Below are positions 1 through 11,981 of a stretch of DNA of 64,000 nt, piece by piece. The stretch spans positions 1 through 64,000 of the forward strand of contig KZ538003.1 in NCBI GenBank assembly GCA_000934665.2, in the 5' to 3' direction. The notes under the pieces are model-generated. The model was given only the letters and a program-made list of their open reading frames with translations, searched no databases and was not told where the DNA came from. The position numbers were made by a program, and so were the translations under genes. The DNA comes from Catajapyx aquilonaris (Eukaryota). Each line of letters starts with the position of its first letter. The stretch's first letter is position 1.

Positions 1-1770
1 AAATACAGTTACATTTATACCTCATCCGGTGTCCGTGTTTGATTGAACCCGTGAGCTAGTACGGAGCCAGGGACCCCGCAGGTGGGGGTTCATGACAGTC
101 TCCTGGTTGAATTAACACTTTTGGCCACCCCCTGGTCCGTGATTGAGTTTTCATTGGGAGAGTTTTGCAGGCCCACCCTTGAGCTTATGGTCCCTGGTGC
201 CTGACAGCGGCTCTTTTGGAATGTCGAAACCAATTCGCGGGGAATATTGTTAAGTAGGCTGCAGTGAAATAAAAAGGGGGGCCAAACCACCCCCTCCTCC
301 CCAACCAATCGACCAAAACCCACGCCACTTTGCGCCCTCGACGATATTGCATCGGAACAACTGCAGCTGCGGATTCTTAAAACCGAGAGCCGGTTTTGGA
401 AAATTTTCTCTCCGCAACCCCCGAAATATACGGCGGGGAGAACCCAGGCCAATGCCAAGAAATTTTTGCAATCAGCGGCTTTTTGTCTAGAGCTGCGAGA
501 GTGCTCAACACAATCTCGCGGATGGAACATAGGAGAGAGGAAAAAGTTTGATTACACGCCCGGGAGTAGCACTCACATAATTTCAAATCCCATCTGAAAA
601 TGCTAGTTTTTTTTAAATGTGTGGGTGTAAGGTCCCAGGCCCTCTCCTCGCAATATTCAAGGGTGGGGGGGATGGTATTGGTATTTTCTAATAACGTTAA
701 TATCCCGCAACTAGATATACTTTGGCGACGCCGGGTATTCATAACCATTATGGAAAGTGGCTCTATTTTATTACAAAAGGAGCTGGGGGGGAATTGGGGG
801 TGGTGGATGCCTATATGAGGTGATCGATAGTCTTTTTTTTATCTGGCCCGTTTTAGCGGAAGATGGGCTTGTTGAACATGTGCTTTGGGGTTTAAACGAA
901 GTAAGATTGTTCCTAATTTTATGTAACTCGGAGCCATTACGTAAGTCGGAGGCTGCCGGATCTACGTACCGGTCTATCTAGACACACAGTTTCCCGTCAA
1001 ATAGGACATGTTCCTCCTTCCTATGTCAACCTAGGCCACTATAAAATATTTAAAATCGGGGCCTAATTGTGCTGAGGAAGAGTTGGTGTCCGGGCATGGT
1101 TTCAGGTGAATGGCAGCAAAGGCGTAGTGTGTGGTGGAAGGGCGTGTTGTAGCGTGGCCCCACGTACGTCGTCGTGCGTGAGAATTAATGTAACGTGACA
1201 GTGAACGGATGCGATGTCAGGAGTTGGCAGCAGAAACCAACGGAAGGAAAGGTGTAGCCACGTGCAACTTGGAGTCCTGCCCTGGGCTTGGCGGGTCCCT
1301 CTGCTCCTGACGCCTTGTCTCCTGGGCCAAAACATCTTTGCCTTTACTTACTTACTTGAGAGAGTAAGGAGCTCCTTCCAAGACAACGTCCTGCATGATG
1401 GGGAGACTAGATGGGAAAACCCACGCGCTAGGCTTCACTCTCGACCTGACGTTAAATGGCTGGGGCTTTTGCGAGGGGCCAACTTTAGAGGGTTGGCAAG
1501 GCTTAATTTACCCAGGTCTCCCACCGTGTCTGTCACGAATTAAACCGGGCGGGGACCACCAAGGAGTTTATAATCAAACTTGGAGGTTTCCAAGCTTTCT
1601 TTACCGAGAGTTAACGCCTTTCGCAGAGGGGGACTCCCTCTCTCTCTCCTTTGCTTTATGACGCGTGAAATGATGTGTGAAGACGCGGCGTGGCTCGACA
1701 GGAAAGATGGGGCATGGCTGACAAATCTGTGGGCTTGTTTTTCGCAAAAGTACAAAGTTATGGCACGATT

Positions 1771-1796
1771 ACAGGGTGGCTTTTGGAGCACCCTGT
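1771..1796. repeat. Short inverted repeat, possible collapsed CAGGGTG MITE
   Basis: acagggtg-N10-caccctgt perfect 8-bp inverted repeat, preceded by t. Confidence 0.4.
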
Positions 1797-1981
1797 GCAG
1801 TACACTAAGTATACGTCACGGTGGTAATGTGTAGAAGGATGCGATTTCAACGTGACGCAGCGTGATGTCACCTGTCCAAATAAAAAAACGCACGCATTAA
1901 AATTACAGTTAAAACGAATAAAATGCTAATTAAAAGAAAAATAGTTACTGTTTAAAATATTATAAAAAGGATAAAACAGTA

Positions 1982-2373
1982 CAGTGAAACCTGCGAAGTT
2001 GGGCAATTTATTTTCCTTGGAAACGTCAGCGTCAGTGTCCAACATACAGAGTGTTTCAACTTTTTTGTCCGAACAGTTATCAAAAAATTGCATAGCTGCT
2101 ACTTTATAAGCAGTGACTTGCAACCAGTGATTTGTCGGAGGAAAGAGGAATAGGGAAAAAGAGGGTTACGCATCCCATTTTTCCAGGCTTGACCCTCAAT
2201 TTTCAGCGGGCAGCACGTATGCCACTTCAACCTACGATTCGCAGGGAATATTCCCCATTCCTCCGAAAAATCACCGTTTGCAAGTCACTGCCTGCAAAGT
2301 AGCAGCTATGTGGAATTTTCCGATAACTGTTCGGACAAAAAAAGTTGAAACACCTTGCATACAGGTTTCACTC
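1982..2373. mobile_element. pogo/Tigger-type MITE interrupted by the 2047-2357 element
   Basis: Starts ta-cagtgaaacctgcgaagttgggca. Its right TIR is split into gtgtccaac (2035-2043) and caggtttcact (2362-2372) on either side of the inner MITE. Matches intact right ends at 7737-7761 and 26267-26291. Confidence 0.75.
2047..2357. mobile_element. Tc1/mariner-type MITE (311 bp) with ~100-bp terminal inverted repeats
   Basis: Left arm 2047-~2152 (cagagtgtttcaacttttttgtccgaacagttatc...atagctgctacttt...cagtgacttgcaa...tcggaggaa) is the reverse complement of right arm ~2249-2357, with about 14 differences per 100 nt by manual alignment. Flanked by TA on the left and CA on the right. The terminus resembles TA-CAGGGTGTTTC; no ORF. 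Confidence 0.88.
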
Positions 2374-3044
2374 CATTGACAATAATATTATACAGTATAG
2401 TAAAACAAAGTTTCAGCGGGAATTTCAGCCGTGACGTACTGCTTGCAGGGGGCTTGGCGTGACTGTGCGTGACATGAAAGAGGTTTAAAAAATCCCGCGT
2501 GACGTGTTTTATGGGCGACTCCATAATCGCAGTGTCGTTCCGGCTTAATAAGTGGGGGCTAGACAATTATTTTTTTTAAAGGCAACAAGCCCCCCTCTCT
2601 TCTGTCACTCGGAGGAAAGACGCACTACTCTTGGCCTGACGCGAAGCTCTATTATCTCCCCCCTAATTTGCATACTGTACGTCTGGCATCCTCTCCTAAA
2701 TTCCATCTAAGTTTTCCACCTTGAAGCATAAGGCTAAGAAGGTTAGAGTTGTGTCTCTCTCTCGTGGAAGCGGTGGGGGGGAAAGAGTTGGGACGAGAGG
2801 AAAATGGGGGGAAGATGGAAACCAAGCAGACCTTTGGACCAGCTCCAAAAGACCGCAGAATGATGATGCTAATGATGATGACACCGACGATGGAGAGTGG
2901 GACTTCGAGGTGTCGCTGCATCGTTTTCTAAGGCCCGTATTATACTTTGTTAGGTTGCACTCCTTGCAGTATTAGGTGCCAGAGAAGAATGATGTAAACG
3001 GGAGTTGAGATCATGCGGTTGGGCGCTATTTTGTAGCCGGAAAT

Positions 3045-3292
3045 CACGTAGCAGTGATTGCGTCACTGCTTAATAACCGTTTTTGTAAACAGCGATCACT
3101 GCAGAGTGTCTAAAGGTTACCCCACACATATTTAAACACTGTTTAAACTATACTTATGCAGTACTGTACATAAGTATGAGAATTGCATGCAAATACTTCG
3201 AGCAATATAAATACTACTGATAACCGCTACTGATCACTGCTATTTAGGAATAGCTGCTATTGTTATTAGGCACATATTGCTATTTTCAGCCC
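3045..3292. repeat. AATAGC/GATCACTGC family repeat remnant
   Basis: taaccgctactgatcactgctatttaggaatagctgctatt. The 15-mer tgatcactgctattt recurs at 51907, and tattgctattttcagcc matches the reverse complement near 54508-54524. Confidence 0.55.
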
Positions 3293-4539
3293 CTTCTTCG
3301 AAACCGGGCCAGGAGCCTAAAATTCTGCAGGTAAATGCCGAACTGGAACAAATTGAGCGCAGAAAAGGAATCTGAGCCTTGATTAAAACGAAAACTGATA
3401 CCTTGAGCGGTAGAAGCTCATATCTGACAACAGCTTTCGGGGGGGCTCCCCCCCAACCCAGCCCCTTCTTCTTGCTTTCTTTCCTTTCCTTAGCAAGCAG
3501 CCTTACTTCATCAAAACTCTCCACAAGTTGGGTGAGGCCTTAAAACGGGTGGGGGATCAATGCCCCAAAGTCAATTTCTGATCCACATTTACCGTTAATT
3601 CCTCCGGAATTTCGCGGGAGATTCTATCTCGGCAAAAAAATTGGACTAGAAACCAACTAGAAATGACTTTGGTAGGATGTAAGTCTGGACAATTAGTTTC
3701 TGAGGACACGCACTGAATGGCCAATAATTCGGGGCTTGGGGTTTTGTGTCGCCGAGAAGAGGATTTTCCTGGAAAGGCCTTTTTTTTTTTTTCAAATCCG
3801 GATGGTGCGGTGGGGACTGAACAAGCAGTTGCAGGCCGTTGTTGGGTCTCATTTGGTGATTGGTTTGGGAGTTACCCCAACCGCAGTGTCACGGTGCCAC
3901 CGATAGTGTCGATGGCCATGTATAATGGATTAATGGGGTCAACACGGGTGCTGACAGTGGCCTGCTTGCGGTGCGAGTAGGCGGAGTCCCCTGATTTTCA
4001 ACCTGCGTCATATCCTCCAGATTACCATATACCGGTGTATGTAGACAGGTATGGAGATGTAATATTTTCTGCCCATTTTCCAGCAGGAAAATTCATCATA
4101 GAATTGGTGCAACCCGTACTTCCTTCCTTGCGCAGGTTAGATAAGCCATGGAGAGCAATTAAGTTTTTCGCAAGGTGGCTTGATACTAGAGTCGTCAGGA
4201 TAGCAAGAGGGTTTTGTTTCAGAAGCAGAATTAATTACCGGAACGAAGGTTTCTTCGTAATTGGGTGATTGGGATGTAGCAATGCGTGAAGTATCTCGAG
4301 CGTGAAGGCCCATTAAAAAGGAGACTTGGGAGGAAGGAATCCGCAAGAAACTACATCATTATCAAGTTGTCAAATATTGCATAAAGGTTGCGGTCTGGAG
4401 CAATAAAACAGCCGGAGGATACAATTTGGGGACAGTGTTGTATTTTTTTTCTGGGACGTCCAGGAAAAAAGGGGGGACGGTAAAATTACGTGGGAATAGG
4501 AGAGGACTTTCCTGCCTAAGTGTCGGGTTTATTTATAAC

Positions 4540-4560
4540 GAGAGAGAGAGAGAGAGAGAG
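4540..4560. repeat. (GA)n microsatellite
   Basis: About 10 GA units; others at 58372-58391, 58758-58771 and (CT)n at 62329-62365. Confidence 0.95.
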
Positions 4561-7500
4561 GACACAAAAACGGGACACAATGCAAAGCAAGTGCACTGTA
4601 ATATCAAATGAGGTGTCTGACAGCATCCACAGCTGGAGGTTTTCCCGAAACCGTGCCCAATGGGAGAAGCCCTCTTTTCCTCTTTACCTACACAAGCACT
4701 GTGCAGTATTCTTTATGCCTTTTGTTATTTTATGGGTTGAAAAACACATTGTTCAACGGATTTTACAACAATTTTGCATGCCGAAACGGTTAGAGCACGG
4801 CCTTTTTTTTGCTGGTTACAATTCTGGTTGATGTTGATGAAGCTTGCAGTAACAATGGAGATTATAAAAAGTTCGAGCCTAAATATTTGCGCTGAATTTT
4901 TTTAACCTGCTTTTCCAGTGTTTATTGACACATCCAGTCTGGCACATTATTCTGTTGCAATATTTACCTTTTCTGGCTCTGAAACAAGTTTGCAGGCAAT
5001 TTCTTGTTCAGTGCTTTTGCCTGTTGCGTCATTGTTACCACATAATGGAGACTGTGTGTGAACCATCCATCCCCAATGCAAAGAGGTGTCACAGGGGGTC
5101 ATTTTCACACACCTCTCTCTCTCTCCATAGTTCCATTTCCTTTAGGCGCCGGCGTTAAAGTCATTACGGTCTCACCTTTTTCCAACCTACCCCCGGAACG
5201 TGGCTGGCAATTGGATTTCTTTGGCCGGTGCTCCTGCGGCATTGTGATGTAGTGGCACGGATCAGCTGCATTAGATGGCAACCCCCTGCCTCTTAAGTTC
5301 GCACGAATTAAGCGTGCGACTTTGCAGTTAATTTGTTCCAGTACGTATGTTGTTTAGCGTGCGAATGACACTTTTTCTTTCTTTTCGCGGGAGGCTCTAA
5401 TGATAGGCTTACTTTGGGCTTGGGCTCTTTCTCACTAAAAGGGGGCCAGGGGGGGTTGTCTCTGGAGGTGGGGGTGTCTCCGACTGTAGATTTCCGTGTA
5501 ACGTGAGATGAATGGAGGTTGGGAAGTGCCTTGGTGCCAGAACCGCGAATTCGTCGCCCACTAACTGGCTTTCTCTCGCTCGTTTTCCTGGAGACGGCCG
5601 TCGGGGAATAGCAACAGACTGCTAGCTAGCTGCCCTCTTCCATCTTTATTTTTTTTTCGTCTTTGCGATTCTGAGGGGCTTCGCCACCGCGACGTCAACA
5701 TTGCCCATTACCTGTGCACCACCTCAACTTTTTTATTATTATTTTATTTGGCTTCCTCCTCTTCTTTGTGTCGCCAAACACGGGTTTTGTCGGAGCTTCA
5801 CGCAATTATACTCCCGCTGACATCTGCGACGACCTTAATGGGACGGTGTTGCTTGCTGCACACCGCATGACCCAAGGTGCAACAAGAGCAGAACCACTGT
5901 ACGGCCAGGAACATCAAATCAGGCGAACCTACCATCTGAATACTAGCAGCTGCTATTTTTACAGCGACTAAAAATAAGCAGCTTTGCGTTATCACGCTCT
6001 TTTTTTCTGTTGCCAAAAAAAACAACAAAAAAACAAAATGGTGACGAGTTGGATGCAGGACAATTTACCGGTTTAGCATGATTTTGATTATTATCGAATT
6101 ACCATTTGAATATTTTATCGCCCGCCGGATGATTATTTATTTGATCGTTTTGTGTGATTGCGGGATTTGATAACTTGATTCCCAGTGCCAATATTAATGG
6201 AGATGACATATCAACTGTGATAAATGTGGAGCTTTATGGAGGAGGGTGGGGGTAGGGGGGTATAGGGGCGAAGATGACATGAATGTCAGCCGATATTACG
6301 GACTGGAAAAGTTGGAAAAGCTAATTTCAAATTATATTCATATCCCATTGACATAAACAGGTGAAATCATTGCCAAAAAAGCAGTTTTCAGTTAATTGAA
6401 TATTTGACACTCGTACATGGTATAGTGAAGACAGATAATTCGGCTTGATGGCTCATTATGAATCTTTAAGACTGAATAGACTTCTGGAGGCGACTCAAAA
6501 TTGATCATGGTGTGTTTCACTTGTATTACGATGAAATGTTGACCACCATGGGCATCGCCAGCGTGTTTAGTCTTGACACACCCTTCCCAATCAATGGAGA
6601 GACTTCCCCTATTTGGGTTGACCAATTAAATGGAGCACCCGGTTAGGTCGGCCACTCAATACAAAGGAAATGAGCTGAAAAGTAGGAAGGCGTGTGCTTT
6701 GGAAATGGTTGCTGGAGATGGGGTGGTAAGGTTAGGTAGAGGGAGAGAGAGAAAACGTGCGCGATTCCGCTTCAAGAGCGGCGGGGAGAAGAAGAGGAAA
6801 AGCCGAGGCCTTCCTTAATTGTCCTAACCTCCCTAATTTAAACTTCAGGAGGATGGAAGGAAGTGTTTTCTGTCTGGCACAATGGAAAATGAAAGCAATT
6901 AAACCTTTAAATCAAGTCAGTTGGTCCGGAGCCTTTGCTTTTGAACCGTTCCAGGGTTTCTTTGTTGATCTTGAATCCGAATTAGATCCCCGCGAGTTAG
7001 TGCTGGGGGGAATTGTGTTGGGTTTGTGTCCTCCATATTGTGAAACCGGGTTGGTGGTCTGGATGGAGAGGGGGGGTTGGTTGTCATATGGCGTGGAAAT
7101 CACGTTTGGATTGTAACCCATTACGATTATGAATACATGGTCACTGTAATCATAGCGTGTTGAATTATTTTCCAGCATCGTTTAGATTAGTTGAAATTCA
7201 ATTACGCGGGGCCCGGGCATACATTACATTACGCAAGTCAGGATTCACCTGCAACATGCTCAACTAATTCATTTTCCAGCAGGATACGTGTACAGCAAAA
7301 ACTGCGCGCGGGGCTGGATTTTGCAAGCGTTTTCGGGTTTCATTATTTTTATTGCTCTGCCTGTTTAAAGCTGCCTCAGCTCTCTGAACACACACATACA
7401 TAAGCAGTAATACGGCGTATGATTTCGGGGGGCGGAAGCATTCAAAAATTGATATACTGCATGTATATACTAGCCCATATGAATTCGGCAGGCAAATGAG

Positions 7501-7598
7501 CTATACAGTTCACATCACTTCCTGCTGCCATTACCGTGTGTAAAAGGGAATTCAGGTATACAAAAAGCTTGCTTATTAAAAACATTACACAATTTGTA

Positions 7599-7761
7599 CA
7601 GTGAAACAACCCGAAACATTTTCAACATTAATTCTGTACGAATCCTTTTAATGAACGTATGATTGTTTTAATAGCCTCATTGTTGGACTCTGTAATTTTT
7701 GTTAGTCTATGTAGGACATTTGTCTTGGAACTGTCAGTGACCAACTTCATAGGTTTCACTG
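7599..7761. mobile_element. pogo/Tigger-type MITE copy (same family as 1982-2373)
   Basis: Left ta-cagtgaaac at 7597. Right end cttggaactgtcagtgaccaacttcataggtttcactg aligns with cttggaaacgtcagcgtcagtgtccaac...caggtttcact of the first copy. Confidence 0.72.
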
Positions 7762-10700
7762 CCCTGTAAAATTCATTCCAACTTACGTAACAATTTCGAC
7801 ATATTGGTTATAGTAGACTGTAGTAGACTATACTTACTGTTAGACAAAATTGCAGCTATTCTGCCTGTACTCTACGTATAAATTAATCTATTAAAACAAT
7901 AATTTGTTGCCGTCGTCTTAACAAAAATTGTCTTGTACAGCACCATAATTATTTATACAGCAAAACGTGCATGGATTATCTACAAAATCGCGAAAAAAAA
8001 ATCGTGTAGAATGGGCTTACTGGATGCTGATGTTTCGTGCGAGCAAAAATTGTGGAAGTTTTAATCCCTATAATAGTTGGAAGTGGCCAGCCAAGTCGTG
8101 CGTTTCCCTGCAATTGTTTGCGCGTGTGATTAATCTAACATTTACCAAGCACAGGTACTGTATAGGAAGGGAAGGTATAGAAAAAAGCGAGCCGTTTAAT
8201 GGACCATTCTTCTATGCCGGCAACACACAAATGGCTCAAGTGCATTGGGGATTTTTTTTGTTGTTGTTTCTAACTCTTAAAACTCTCTCTCTCTTCGGAC
8301 TCCAGAGGCCGTGTTCGAATCGTTATCACTGCTGCACGATTCTAATTTATATTGTTCTTTCGCGCTTTATTTTCCGGATAGGTGAACGATCAGAATCTGG
8401 TTCACCTCCGACCCGGACGTGTACGCCGGTGATTTCAATTGTTATTGAGGATTAATGTTTTTGGTCATTGGCTATGCATTGCACATGTGTATAAAGGCAG
8501 ATAAATTGTGACGTAAATTACACCCCCGGACCGACGAGATAAGAAATAATTGCAGGTTGCTTATTTCACTTGTGACAAGTGCAGTTCCAAATTATTAAAT
8601 CAGGTTTCTACTTTTCCGGAACACAATTACTTTAATTAAAAGAGTGATAATTAATCTCCGAAGTTGTGTTTAACGTAATTATTGCGCGCAATAAATTAGC
8701 AAGGTCACGTCACATGCTGGTTCGTGTCAACATTTTTTTTATCCAGATAAAAAAAAGTTCACGGTATACGCAAACCATTCTGGCTTAGCCTAATGATCAT
8801 GTGCAACTCGTTAAGAATGTTTATTAGAGACCGGTGGTTTGAATCGATGGCCTATTACCTGCTCCAGGTTGTGGCCCCCCCTCATTTCAGAGTTGATGAG
8901 GAGCCCTTAAGATTCATTAAGATGTACCAAACCAGTCCTCAAATTAGAAAGTATAATGAAACGAGCCATGTGTGCAAAGACGTTCCTAATTGCTTATTTA
9001 TGTAGGTTATTAATTATCTAGCAAACACTAAGGAGTGGAGTGGGGATCTATATAAGGGGGAAAATTCTAAACAGCTCAATAAGAAGTGCTTGTAAATATG
9101 GATGTCTTGGACATGTGCGGGGTAGACTAATTGAGCAAAAATAGTTCCGCCTTAATAACAAGTTGGTATTTTTTTTTTAGCTTCCCTATATATAAATCTG
9201 GTTCTTGGCGGATTTGAGATTTTCGCCAACGAGATTCATTTCCCGGAGCCTTATCCAGCAGGGACCCGAAACTAGTCGGGCCTTATTGGGGAGCCCAGAT
9301 GAATACGTCCGTTGTGCCCCTCCCACTCATCCTTTTCTGTAAGCAGAACCTGCTTTGGCGCAGTAATTAGCTTTTAGTCAGAATCAAATAGGGAGCCCCC
9401 CCCCCCTCCTCTTGCACTGTCACATAATCTTCCCCCTGCTGAAGCTTGATCAATGGTCGCACCACTCGGCCCCAAGGAGTCTGTTTGTGCCTCCTTAATT
9501 AGAGACCCCCACCCAACTCCCCCCCTTGCAGAAATAATTATTTTTCCGACCATTATTCCACCCAAAAACTGGGCCTAAATTCTATTTACTGCTTGGAGGG
9601 ACTTGGCGTAGAGTGTCGGCTAGATGACTTGATAAATTAACTGGATGCTGCGAACACTGCGTTCTTTTTTTGTGTGTTTAGTTTTTTTTTTTGGGGGGGG
9701 GGGAAGGGGGGGAGGCCCCTCCGTTACTATCAGCGTCTCCTTTTTCGCACCATCTTTTCAGGGGAGCTAATGTAATTAGAAGGTTGGTGTAATAAAGAAG
9801 AGGCGGAGGAGTAATGAATGGTTAGGCATGGTGGTTGGGATGGCGGAAAATATTTGGCCGACGCTTCTTGCAAGGGTAGTGACCTTCTGCCAAGTTATGG
9901 CCTGGTATCAACTCAAATTAAGATAACATCTAATATTATAATATACGCACAGAGAAAGCCGTCAACCATATCATTGTGTTTAAATATTTGTACGTAAGTC
10001 GGGGCTACGTATGTCGGGGTCATCCTAGCATATCCTGACAGGTTGTAGTCTCGTTATCCACACACGGTCAAACCGGTTATAAATTTTGAAGCAGCCATAT
10101 TTGGTCAGACTAAAGGCGGCTTATGATAAAAAGAGGGTGGTAATTAGAGTATTAGGCGCCTTTGGGGGGGGGGGGTACACTTTTTTTTTCCTCTGGACTA
10201 GTGAGGAGGGGGGAAGTGCGCTTGTAATGGCGCTGTCCTGTAGCTTCCTGTGCGAGTGTGCCGGCGGGACGAAAGCCGAGCCTGCCATCCCATTAACTTG
10301 AGTGTCACTCCCCGACATAAATTGCTGGTCCTAATGATGAAACAAGATAACTGCTTCATTTCCTCACTTCCGTACGTTCCGAATCCGTGGGCCTTGTCAT
10401 AACAGGGGCCTGCCAATTAGGGTCGGGACCAGTTTGGGATTCGCGTTGGAGATAGAGAGGGTACAGGAGGGGGTGTATAGAGAGGGGGGGAGAGGTGCAT
10501 AATTAGCTGGACTCGAGTACAGGGTGGGGCAGAATGGTGTTCTTTGGTGCTTCACCATTTCCGCCGTGTCCAGTTGATCGTTGGTCCTTTTTCGAGTGGG
10601 GGTGTTCGGGAGGGTCATCATTTTGGGGGAAGAGAGGGCAACGAGGGTTGAATTTTGTAAACATTGCCGATTTGAAGTGTTGGAAGAGGAAATTGGGAGT

Positions 10701-11884
10701 CAAATTAGTGAAGGTATTTATTGGCAGCATCTCGAATTATACTCAAAATTCACTATTTGGCAGGAACAACAACAGTAATGACTCACAATAAAAATAATGT
10801 GCTCATAATTTTTCTTCTATAATATGGAATAGTCAACAATGAAGAGGCCAGTTGTGAGCTAAGTGACACACATACAGCGCAATAAAATGCTGGGTAATAA
10901 AACATTGAAACAAACAGATCGGAAAACCCAAAGTAATAAAACCTGAGAATAACAAGCTATTTCCAGATTTGTGCGTAGTTTCATGTGAAGCAGCAGTCTG
11001 CTGAGCAAATCTATACAGTTCTTACTCATTTTTTAATCAGGAGAGATCGACAAATCTATTAGATATTAGGGTAAGTAAGTATTACATGAATATTAAACCA
11101 AAACTAATGATAATACTAAAATAATAAAATCTGCTTATTTTGAAGCAACTACTTTTGTCAGCGTTACCAGTACTAGTTATCAAAAGTTGAATCGCCAATC
11201 TACAATTTTCCGATTGGAAATGGCTCAGTGGAACAATTGGCATTGAATGTCATTGTTTGAACACATTTTTGCCTCTCCCCTTTGCAATCTATATTATGGA
11301 ATGACAATATCCCGGAGAAAATTTGAAGAAATGCATTTCTTCCCCCTTCGGATTTTCCTCCAGTTGCGCGGTTCTAAAATGTTGCGTCGGCCTGTTTGTA
11401 GGCTTAGAGAGTAGGCTCTATATAGAGCAATCCCTCCCTCTTCTCTCCTCCTCCCTTTGGCTCCTGCTCTGATTTTCCCCACCACCCCCTTAATTGCATC
11501 AATTCTGGTCAGGATCATCGTATTAAATGTTCATCATTGAGGGATGATAGCGGAGCGGGTTCGGCAACTCCCCATAAATCCGGCATTATGGAAGTCGTGA
11601 TAGAGGCGGTTGTTTATAGCTGGGCTTCCTAATTGAGAAAGGACACTGTCTCTTATCAGTTATCACCCTGTCTGCTTCGTAATGCCTGCCAGTGAGGGAG
11701 ATGGGAATAGCAGCCCAGGCCTGGCTTCGTTACGCCCCCCCACCACCTCATGTCCTCCTCCTCTTGCATCCAGGGATGTCCATCCTGTGGGCCTCACTTG
11801 TTACCAAAATTGTGCAGTTAACCACAAGCATCATTCGTGGTGTTGCTTTGTAACACCCAAGAGTAAGTTAGGTTGAACCTGAAA

Positions 11885-11981
11885 AGCGAGCATTGATTGG
11901 CTGAATGGACATGAGAACTTGAGAAGCGAACGTTGATTGGCTGGATGGATAGGATAAAGGAGCGTTGATTGGTTGACCGGA
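11885..11981. promoter_or_regulatory. Three tandem inverted CCAAT boxes (ttgattggc/ttg), possible promoter element
   Basis: ATTGG at 11896, 11936 and 11968 within three similar ~25-nt units; caggaagt at 12094 and tataaata at 12127. The repeat is clear, the function is inferred. Confidence 0.35.

Noticed and set aside
90..530. 146-aa minus-strand ORF and similar 100-165 aa ORFs (7967, 28202, 62019)
   Set aside because: No protein-like motifs or clear splice context; lengths are compatible with chance at this GC content.
6476..6646. ~55-codon protein-looking + frame (DFWRRLKIDHGVFHLYYDEMLTTMG...)
   Set aside because: Short, weak splice signals, and no recognisable homology.
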